Positions 15,901 to 24,300 of a DNA stretch of 25,756 nucleotides are shown here, piece after piece; positions within the stretch are counted from its first letter, which is position 1, and each line of letters begins with the position of its first letter. The notes beneath the pieces are model-generated. The model searched no databases, was not told the DNA's origin, and was given only the letters and a program-made list of their open reading frames with translations. Source of the stretch: a virus. Its lineage: Duplodnaviria; Caudoviricetes. The translations under genes were made by a program, and so were the position numbers. The stretch covers positions 1 through 25,756 of the IMG/VR virus record IMGVR_UViG_3300005512_000294; one strand, given 5' to 3'.

Positions 15901-18900
15901 AAATCAAATACTTCTTTAGAAGAGATTTTGTTACTGCTGGATCAACTGGCGGTGGTATTATTACCTTTGCCGCTCAATTGCCATTTGGTACACAAAGATT
16001 TACTTCATTTAATGAGAAAAATTATGTAATTACTGTTCTTAATAAAAATAGTGCTGATTTGGTTGAAGATGGAGATATTGTTTATATTGACGAAGATAAT
16101 GTAGAGATCGTTTCCTCTACAGATACAGCAAGTGGATTAACTTCTGGTAGTATTACTTTTCAATTACCAACATCGTACTTCAATACAAATTTTGCGGGAG
16201 TAAATAATTATGTCGCACCTGAGTTAAAACTAACAGCGACTCTAGAAGTTTCTAACGCAAAACCAAGACTCAAAACTGCTATTAAGAATAAGCGCATTGT
16301 TGTTGATTCTGCTGGAGATAGAGTTATTCCGTTCAGAGGAACAGATTATGATAGTGATGTTGTGGAAACACTATCTTTCTCTGACGCATATAGATTGCGT
16401 TATGTCTATGAAGGAACGAGTACGCAACCACCAGAAATTGATAGCGCAGGAAATCTAGTTTCTGGTACGAATGTAACCAATAGATTTACATTTGACAATG
16501 GTCAAAGAGATACAATCTATGACGTTTCACGAATTGTTTTAAAACCAGGATTTGAAGCAACGGTTGGTCAAATTGTAATTGCTTTTGATTACTTTGAACA
16601 TTCTCAAGGTGATTTTGTAACTATTGACAGTTATTTACATGAAGCTGGAGTTTTAGAAGATGAAATTCCAACATTCAATTCTTCTACTCTCGGAAATGTA
16701 GAACTCAAGAATGTTATTGACTTCCGTCCAAAAGTAAACACAAGCACTATTGTTGCTGGTTATCAAGATACCTCTACATTAGAAGTAACAACCAGCAACT
16801 TTACTGGTCCTGGTTCTGTTGTAGCAAGTACACCTGCTCCAGATACAAACTTAGAATATACGTTCTCGTTTAGTCAAGTCCAGTATCTAGATCGTATTGA
16901 TGGGATTTTCCTTAATAAGAGAGGAGAATTTATTGTTAAGGAAGGAAACTCCTCACTTAACCCAACAAAACCAGATCCCGTTAAAGATGCTGTTGCTTTG
17001 TTCTATGCTTATATTCCAGCATACACAACATCAAGTAAGGACGTAAGAATTACTCCAGTAGAACATCGTAGATATACGATGAAGGATATTGGTAAACTAG
17101 AGAAGAGAATCGAGCGTCTTGAGTATTACACTACTCTCAGTATTCTTGAGCAGCAAGCATTGAATATGCAGGTTAAGGATGAGATTGGTCTAGATAGATT
17201 TAAGTCTGGATTCTTCGTGGATAATTTCGAAACACATGGTATTGGAAACCTTGTGTCTGCTGATTATAAGTGTGCTATTGACAGCAGACAGTCTGTTCTT
17301 AGACCTCAATCCAAAGAAGATTCAATTCTTCTTAGAGAAGTTAATACTAGACAAGACCAGAGATCAGTTGCTGGTTATCAAAAGTCTGGAGATATTATAA
17401 CTCTTCCATATACTAGTTTAAAACTACTGGGAAATGATTTTGCTTCAAAGACAATTAATCCAAATCCATTTGTAGTTTTCCAGTATGTTGGAGAAGGATC
17501 TGTTTCTCCTCAGGTAGATCAATGGTATGATCAAACTGTAGAACCTTTAGTTGTTGATACAAATACAAGTCTGTATGATATTTTTATCGCCAAAGATAAC
17601 GCAAAAGAAAGTTTCTCCAGTCTTCATAACTCATTTGTTGTAAACTGGGTAGGAACATCGTCATCATTCACTTCTATTAATTCTCTTGGAGAGACAAACA
17701 CAGCAAATGCCAAGGCATCTGTTAAGTCAGCATCTGTTGGTAGTTCTTCAAATATCAGTCCACAAAATAATGAACTTGGTAAAGGAGTTCAGACTAAGAC
17801 TGTTGGTGAAAATGTTGTCTCCACATCACTACAGTTTTTTGCTAGAACAAGACCTATTAAGTTTGTTATCGGTAGATTGAAGCCTCTTACTAAGGTTTCT
17901 GTTTTCTTAGAGGGTAGAAATATCAACCGTTGGGTAAATCCAGATTTAAGATTTACTGGTATTGCTGGCAATTCACTATCAGCATTTAATGGTGATATTG
18001 TCACAGATGAAAATGGAAATGCTAGTGGATTAATTTTACTACCCGCTGGTTATGCTCCAAGAGAAAATGCTACTTGGACAGGAGATGCTGATACGGTTGA
18101 GTATGACGAGTCTTCTGAAGAATTACGTTTTACTACTGGAGAGTTGACATTTAGATTTACCTCTAGCAGCACAAATGAAAATAAAGCAAGTGTAGATACT
18201 TACGCTGAAATTAAATATTATGCTTCTGGTATTCTTCCACAGAATCCCTCTAGCATTGTATCTACCAGACCATCTTACTTTAAATCAAATGAAGGTGTTC
18301 AGTTTGTTGAAAGCAATACTGACAACCCCCTAAGACCCAATCCACTAGCACAAGTATTCAAGGTTGAAAATTTTGATGGTGGTGTGTTTGTAACTGGTGC
18401 TGATCTTTACTTTAAGAGCAAGAGCACTAATATTCCAGTTAGAGTTTACATGACTAATGTTGACTTTGATAAACCTGCTAAGAACATTGTTCCTGGTACA
18501 GAGAAAACACTAACTCCAGAAACATATCTCAAGTGCTATGCTTCTGGTAATGTACTTGTTACTAAGGGAGAATATGTGGTTGGAACCAGTTCTGCTGCAT
18601 CTGGTCCGATTTCTAAAATTATTGATAAAAACGGAGTAGAGTTGACACCATCATCAACTGGTGTTTATGCTCTTACAAATGAACAGGTTTACACTTTAGT
18701 CTTAAGCAATCACAATGGTCGCTCATTCTTACAGAATGAAGATCTTGAGATTCCTTCCGTCACACTGGCAAATGCTACTGGGGGAACCGATCTCAAACTA
18801 ACGATTGCTAAAAATAGTGGTAAACTTTCTGATATTAGAATCACAAATCCTGGATCTAATTATGACAGCGCAGTATTGACAATTGAAAGTCCACAACTTC

Positions 18901-21125
18901 CTGGTGGTTCAGTAGCAACTGCTAGAATTAATGTATCGGATGGAAGAATTTACAACGCTGAAATTTCTATTGCTGGTTTTGGATATACCGAAGCTCCATC
19001 AGTAGTCATCAAAGGCGTCGGAAATGGCGCTGGAGGATGTACAATTGAGACCTTTATAGAGATTGATACTTTAGCGGTTAGAATGGGCGTAGCAACCGAT
19101 TTTGAGGGTCTCACAGAGTCTACAACTCCAACACACTTTGCTTTTGACTATCCAGTATACCTAGAGAACGATTCCGAATATGCTCTAGTTGTTGAAACAG
19201 ATTCTACCGATTACGAACTATGGTCTTCTAAGTTGGGTCAAACTGACCTTTCTACAAGCACCGTAATAACGACTCAACCATCTCTCGGTTCTCTTTATAA
19301 ATCTCAGAATACTGAAAATTGGACAGAAGATCTAGATCAAGATCTCAAATTTACTTTATATCGTGCCGAGTTTGATATCTCAAGACCTTCGGAACTCTTA
19401 CTGAAGAATGTAAGTCTTGGATATGAATTATTAGAATTCAATCCCATTGAAACTGATGCTTCATCTGAATCTATTGCTACTTCCAAATTGTTCAAGAATA
19501 ACAATAGCATTATTAAAATTAACCACAGAGATAATGGTTTTGAAGATAGTGGAAAATCTTATGTATTCTTTAGAGGAACAAAAGAAACTGGCGGAATTCC
19601 AGCAGAAACTTACAACACTAACTTATTCAGAGTAATGAACTCTGGTGTTGATTCATATAATATTAGAACTGTTACAAAAGCATCCAGAAGTTCTGTTGGT
19701 GGTGGTAACGTCTATGCTTCTTTCAATAGAAAGTATGAAACTCTATATCCACAAGTTCATTATATCACTGTTTCAGGAACAAAGTTAGATACTTCTGTTA
19801 AGACAACCAATATTGTTCCTGTTGATTCTTCTACAACAAATTATACATCATACTCACAGTCAGAATTTGAAAGAACATTCTTAAATGAACCACATTATTT
19901 TGATAATCAAAAAGTTATCGCATCTGAAATTAATGAAACTTTGAATAATGTTAATAGATCATTAACATATAAAATGGAGTTATCGTCTTCGGTATCTCAT
20001 TTATCTCCAGTTATTGATCTATCCAGTGCTTCGGTAAAAACTGTATCTAATAGAATTGAAAATGCAGGTGGTCAAGAAAATAGATATGGAAGAAGAGATC
20101 AATTGATTGAATTCTATCCAGTATATTCTTTCTCACTATCAACTGCAACTCCTGGCGTAACATATCAAAATAACCAAAGCATTAAAGGAAAAACTTCCGC
20201 TGCTAACGGAACAATTGCTAAAGTTAATGAAAATCAGATTTGGGTAAAAGTTAAAACCAAACAAGGATTTACAAGTGGAGAAGAAGTTGAGTTGACTCAG
20301 TATGCTAATACTCAGTCAGCTCCAACAATTAATGTTGGATCTACTCCCTCACTAGTGACTCCAATTATTAATAGTTCTACTCAATCTGCTGCTGGTGAGG
20401 CGATCACAATCGTAGCAAGAAATCCAGTCGAATCTAAAATCTTAGAAACATATGAAAATCGTATTACTGGTAAGTCGATTGTTTGGAATAGAACTACAAG
20501 AGTATTAACTCTCAGAACAGATATTCAACCAATCGCTGATAACTACACTGCTAGAGTAATTGATAGCGATCTGTTTGCTAGAAAAAATAATACTATTGAT
20601 CAGATTGCTGATATCTTTAGAGTTGGTGATATTATTTCATATCCAAACCAACCAGATGACGAAGCATTCTTCATGGAAGTAGCAAAAGTTGAATATAGCA
20701 ATGGTGTTGATTTTGTTGCTGAAGATACTTCTAAGAATAGTTCTTCTATTGCGAAGTATGTCACCAAGGAAGTATACATTACCAATCCTGCTACAGCAAT
20801 TGATGTTCACTTACTTGCTAACGTAAAGAATATTTCAAATATTGAAGTTCTTTACAAGTACAAGAGAGCATCGAGTCAGGAAAACTTTGAAGATGCCGAA
20901 TGGTTCTACTTTAATGATAATGGTCAACCAGATTCTCTAGAGATTGCTAGCGCCGAAAATACAATTTCGAGCGTTGTTGAAAAACAATCTTCATACCAAG
21001 ATCTCAAATATAGCGTGTCTGGTCTACCCGAATTCTCTTCATTCGCAATCAAAATTGTGATGAAGGGAGTAGATCCAGCATATGTTCCAAAAATTCAGGA
21101 CATTCGTGCAGTTGCTGCTTTCTGA
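12978..21125 (+). CDS. vrlC: VrlC-like / DUF4815 large virion structural protein (2715 aa)
   Basis: N-terminus MPQKTNLNVNPYYEDFD...KILFRPGYSIQGRELTQLQSILQNQ; motifs APGAHRLRI, LARRTFDESGDY, RRYTMKDIGKLEKRIERLEYYT, DRFKSGFFVDNF, PLAQVF and WTEDLDQDLKFTLYRAEF. It sits after gp8, as is typical of T4-like cyanophages. Confidence 0.88.
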   Translation: MPQKTNLNVNPYYEDFDASKNFYKILFRPGYSIQGRELTQLQSILQNQVESFGKYAFKQGELVIPGEVGLNTKLDYVKLSSVSEVAISEGDDIVYKKYDITQLVGFQLRGLTSGVIANVLAANIATESASDTLFVSYQNSGNSNTETTFRQGETLEVVDGVNTPLMVVGTDGSVLPTSINITNPDTGEVTSIESPAMGYGSAVKVEEGIYFVNGYFVRNDSQLLVIDEYYDKPSAKVGFTIKEDVVTPEEDASLYDNAIGSSNYTAPGAHRLRISLELKEFALDAITDKNFIQLLTVSRGVVQRKVSPADYSVLEQTLARRTFDESGDYVVQDFSIDIREYAQKDGNRGLYSIDEFGLYNGISAAEAGRKMIASIGPGKAYIRGYEIVNKETKYLEINKARESLSSDNVTLKTKGLPTYTVSNVFGSVPLNKEGSQLTAYPTVYLYSLFNDGYVGLSNTELDTNYRQTVDRRGVFFDSNIGIKTVTLEIVDVNIPITSIIPSDLNDTFSKLWYVKTRAGTNIVDSVDVLSYTKVFKPLKNPGTTEESRFLEVTVAGTKSDLENIFKEYDESSQNKNRKVFLSQADAIGDEKEDLPSITFANIIDYSDTITPIIGTAKPSNFYLEERGAGFNSDSDIVISKGTLAQGGSAYNAKFALSYFDPQFFTRIILESGVPTNSYGVGEYVYGLTSGAYGVVEGAPNGVYSTGKILFVNTLSGKFVPGETIRDESGNLVKIAKENTISHFVVQERGLGYPSTSTIQVDGVNYDQSQVELGFNGQGIYRVDIIDRVSFSGEYSKPPVVTVNSGGTTPTTSAVIIPILNRNTVTTYTPQNVKSFGSSYGSDNGNKFTADAVVDDRDFATLTSVTDFTFFGSKGTKFLESTSFSADASSIVQQGDLIQFSDSSNNVIRAVVQYATIQKGSAKTRIYIDETLYDDVTSTSVVLLRPRIKNPNSGTLLFPTGSKQVQKISAGTEDTKIKYFFRRDFVTAGSTGGGIITFAAQLPFGTQRFTSFNEKNYVITVLNKNSADLVEDGDIVYIDEDNVEIVSSTDTASGLTSGSITFQLPTSYFNTNFAGVNNYVAPELKLTATLEVSNAKPRLKTAIKNKRIVVDSAGDRVIPFRGTDYDSDVVETLSFSDAYRLRYVYEGTSTQPPEIDSAGNLVSGTNVTNRFTFDNGQRDTIYDVSRIVLKPGFEATVGQIVIAFDYFEHSQGDFVTIDSYLHEAGVLEDEIPTFNSSTLGNVELKNVIDFRPKVNTSTIVAGYQDTSTLEVTTSNFTGPGSVVASTPAPDTNLEYTFSFSQVQYLDRIDGIFLNKRGEFIVKEGNSSLNPTKPDPVKDAVALFYAYIPAYTTSSKDVRITPVEHRRYTMKDIGKLEKRIERLEYYTTLSILEQQALNMQVKDEIGLDRFKSGFFVDNFETHGIGNLVSADYKCAIDSRQSVLRPQSKEDSILLREVNTRQDQRSVAGYQKSGDIITLPYTSLKLLGNDFASKTINPNPFVVFQYVGEGSVSPQVDQWYDQTVEPLVVDTNTSLYDIFIAKDNAKESFSSLHNSFVVNWVGTSSSFTSINSLGETNTANAKASVKSASVGSSSNISPQNNELGKGVQTKTVGENVVSTSLQFFARTRPIKFVIGRLKPLTKVSVFLEGRNINRWVNPDLRFTGIAGNSLSAFNGDIVTDENGNASGLILLPAGYAPRENATWTGDADTVEYDESSEELRFTTGELTFRFTSSSTNENKASVDTYAEIKYYASGILPQNPSSIVSTRPSYFKSNEGVQFVESNTDNPLRPNPLAQVFKVENFDGGVFVTGADLYFKSKSTNIPVRVYMTNVDFDKPAKNIVPGTEKTLTPETYLKCYASGNVLVTKGEYVVGTSSAASGPISKIIDKNGVELTPSSTGVYALTNEQVYTLVLSNHNGRSFLQNEDLEIPSVTLANATGGTDLKLTIAKNSGKLSDIRITNPGSNYDSAVLTIESPQLPGGSVATARINVSDGRIYNAEISIAGFGYTEAPSVVIKGVGNGAGGCTIETFIEIDTLAVRMGVATDFEGLTESTTPTHFAFDYPVYLENDSEYALVVETDSTDYELWSSKLGQTDLSTSTVITTQPSLGSLYKSQNTENWTEDLDQDLKFTLYRAEFDISRPSELLLKNVSLGYELLEFNPIETDASSESIATSKLFKNNNSIIKINHRDNGFEDSGKSYVFFRGTKETGGIPAETYNTNLFRVMNSGVDSYNIRTVTKASRSSVGGGNVYASFNRKYETLYPQVHYITVSGTKLDTSVKTTNIVPVDSSTTNYTSYSQSEFERTFLNEPHYFDNQKVIASEINETLNNVNRSLTYKMELSSSVSHLSPVIDLSSASVKTVSNRIENAGGQENRYGRRDQLIEFYPVYSFSLSTATPGVTYQNNQSIKGKTSAANGTIAKVNENQIWVKVKTKQGFTSGEEVELTQYANTQSAPTINVGSTPSLVTPIINSSTQSAAGEAITIVARNPVESKILETYENRITGKSIVWNRTTRVLTLRTDIQPIADNYTARVIDSDLFARKNNTIDQIADIFRVGDIISYPNQPDDEAFFMEVAKVEYSNGVDFVAEDTSKNSSSIAKYVTKEVYITNPATAIDVHLLANVKNISNIEVLYKYKRASSQENFEDAEWFYFNDNGQPDSLEIASAENTISSVVEKQSSYQDLKYSVSGLPEFSSFAIKIVMKGVDPAYVPKIQDIRAVAAF

Positions 21126-21134
21126 TTTCCGCGT

Positions 21135-21341
21135 ATGAGTTACATCAAAGTAAAAGGGCACGATGGTCTTGTAAGAGACGAAAACACAGGTGCTATCATC
21201 AATCAGAACGCCTCTGCTATTGAAGCGAGGCGTAAAACAAAACACTTGAATTCCGCGTTGGAAGACATAAATATATTGAAGGATGAAATCTCTGAAATCA
21301 AATCCCTACTTAGAGAGTTAGTAAAAAATGCCAGCAATTAA
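21135..21341 (+). CDS. Small hypothetical phage protein with C-terminal coiled coil (68 aa)
   Basis: KVKGHDGLVRDENTGAIIN followed by the heptad-like LEDINILKDEISEIKSLLRELV. It starts 9 nt after the vrlC stop and overlaps the next gene by 14 nt. I recall similar small ORFs following vrlC in cyanomyoviruses. Confidence 0.85.
   Translation: MSYIKVKGHDGLVRDENTGAIINQNASAIEARRKTKHLNSALEDINILKDEISEIKSLLRELVKNASN
21266..21273 (+). promoter_or_regulatory. Possible late promoter (CATAAATA) for the downstream fibre gene
   Basis: NATAAATA match about 55 nt upstream of ATG 21328, inside the 68-aa ORF. It could be a chance match in AT-rich DNA. Confidence 0.4.
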
Positions 21342-24300
21342 CGTCGCTAGAACTGATACCTTTGAAATTCAAAGGACAAAGATCAATCAAATATCAGAAC
21401 AGATTTTTAATATTGCTGCTGGTGGTAGTGATCTTTCCACTGGATTTCTAAAACTGGGTGATGGAACAAGACCCTCACCATCTCTAGCTTTTTCTAGTGA
21501 TTCCGAATTAGGACTATACAAATATGGAGTGGGATCTTTAGGATTTGTAAGTAATTCTAAAGATGTGTTTTCTTATTCGGACACCGAAGTATCACTTTAC
21601 CAATCTTCAAATTTTACAAGAAGAACTATTGGAACAGATGCTAATTCTGTTTTTATTTTAGATCCAGGATCCAATTATGATCCTGGATCTTATACAGATA
21701 TTGTTCTTTTGGGTGGTTCTGGTAGTGGAGCCCTTGTAGATTTAGAAGTATATGAACATGTTGGTACTTCTACTATTGGAACTGATTATTATGGAGGTAC
21801 ATATACCTCAATTTCTCTAGATGGTGGTTCTGGATCTGGGGCGGCTATTGATTTTACTGTTGAAGGTATTGCTGGTACAATTACACAATCTGGATCTAAT
21901 TACGATTCTGGTTTATCTACTGATGTTCCACTAACCAATGGCAATGGTTCTGGAGCTATAGCAGATATTTCCGTTTCAGAACTGTTTGTAACTTTATCAA
22001 GTGGTGGTAATTCATATCCAGACGGAACTTTTCTGGATATACCACTCACTTCAGGTAGTGGATCTGGAGCAAGAGTAAATATTGATGTTATTGGAGGAGC
22101 AGTTGGATCAGTAACTGTTACTAATTCTGGGGTTGGATATACAACTTCCGATGTCTTGAGTGTCAGTTTATTTCAACCTGGAACACAAATTTTTGATGTT
22201 ACTACAGCAACTGGTGTTTTTAACATTAATGGAAATTCGGTGGTTGGATTCAATCTAGTAAATGGAAATACTTATGAATTTGACCAGTTAGACTCCAGCA
22301 ATGATAGTTCAGAATTGTGTATATCAACTGTAGATGGAGATACTTCTTCCGCTTTAGGAGTAGCAGATGGTGTCACATATGTTGTTAATGGAACTACGTA
22401 CAACACATATTCGGATTATATTGCCAATACCAGTCCTTCAGACACAGAAAGAAAAGTAGTTTTTTCTGTTCCAGCAAGTCCTAGTAATAGCAATCTATTT
22501 TTCTTTGGACCATCTGGTAGTGGTGGAGGATCAATAACTCTAGTAGCAAACTCTGGAACTGCAGCAGCACTTGATGTTTCTACTGCTCCAGGAGAAGTTA
22601 TTTCTGTAATCATCACATTTTCTGGTTCTGGATATCAACAGAATGATGTGTTATCAGCTACTATAGGAACTGGAACAGGATTTCAATATACAATTACAAA
22701 TAATCCAGGAATTCTAGATTCTTTTGATTTTGCTTCCAGAGGATCTGGTTATTTGACTGGAGAAGTTCTGACACTTCCAGGCGTTATTTCTGGCATTACA
22801 GCAACTCTTGAGGCAGAAATTACTGGTCTAACCACAACATTAGTAGCAGCAAATCCTCAGATTACAGTTTCAAGCACTGCTGGTATTCAGGTTGGATATA
22901 TTATTTCATCATCTGTTGGTCCTGGATCTACATTCCCTGGAGCAACTGTTGCTAGTATTGATAGTCCAACACAACTAACAATGTCTACCTTTCCAGATAT
23001 TCCTGGTGGGTGTACATTAACATTTACTCCACCAAATCCAACGGAGATTACTGTTTCCGATGCAACTGGTATCAACGTAGGATCTACTGTAACTGTTACT
23101 TCTGGTTCTGGTAGTGTTCTTACTGGAACTACTGTTGTTTCTGCTTCTGGAACTACTGTAATTATAAGCGATCCTCCAACAGGAGCTGGATCAGTAACTT
23201 TATCATTTTCTCCACCATATGGTCCTGGAACTGGATGGTCATATACAGTTGATGCTGTTGGTGCTGTTGGAGAAGCATCTATTTCTCAAACATCTCTGGG
23301 AGTTGGATATTTAGAAGGAGATATTTTAGGAATCAATGCTAGCGAACTTGCTTCTCCAATTGATTATACAGTAACAACTAGAACTGTTCAGGTTTTGAAT
23401 TTTGTTGGAACAGTCAATGCTGCCGCTTCTGGTCTTTCCGTTGGAGATTTAGTTGAAGTACAGGGATCTGGCGGAGCTGGATCTGAGATTTACGAAATTA
23501 GTATTGATGGTAGTGGTAATATTGATTATATTGTCTTACAAGAAGGAAACTATCAAGATGGAGACGTTATTATTGAGTTAGGTGGATCAAATACATTTAC
23601 AATTGATACACAAACAACAGGATTTAGATTCTTTATAGATACTGGTTCTGGAGCTCAATATAAACCAGATATTACATTATACTCTGGAGATACCTATAGA
23701 TTTGATTACTCAGATCCTTCCAATGGTAGTCATCAGTTTTCTCTTTCGGAATTTAGAGATGGTGTTTGGTCTCCAAGTTTAATTGAAAATGTTGATGTAA
23801 CTTTAGATAGTTTAACTAGGGTTATTACAATTGCGGATACTACAAATATTTTAGTTGGAATGGTTGTATCTGTAGTTTCTGGAAATGGATCAGTTTCAGC
23901 AACTACTAAAGTTGAATCTGTAGATAGTTCAACTCAACTGACATTGACAGAACTTCCTCTTGTTGGAGGAGAATCTGTAATTACTTTTGCTGGAGAGGAA
24001 TACTTAGTAGGAACTAATAGAGAAAACAATATTTTAGAAATTAGTATTACTGACGATACCCCCACCTTATATTATTATTGTGTATTCCATCCAGATATGG
24101 GCGGAGTTGATAATGATGAAACTGTAGTAACAATTGATACAAATAATCCAAGGGTTTTTGGTAGTGGATTTTCTTTGAGAGTAGATTCTATTATTGAATC
24201 AGATGTAATTACTAATGATATTGTAGAAGGAAAAATTACATGTATTGATTTTGAATCTGAAGATGCCTTGATTACCACAGGTGTTATAACGACGTTAGAA

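Noticed and set aside
19296-19303. TATAAATC inside vrlC as a late promoter
   Set aside because: It mismatches the consensus, lies deep in coding sequence and has no nearby gene start.
12978-21125. VrlC as a virulence factor
   Set aside because: The name is historical (Dichelobacter vrl locus); the gene context here indicates a virion structural protein.
21127-21258. TTCCGCGT occurring twice, before and within the 68-aa ORF
   Set aside because: Two 8-mers are too weak to support a regulatory site.
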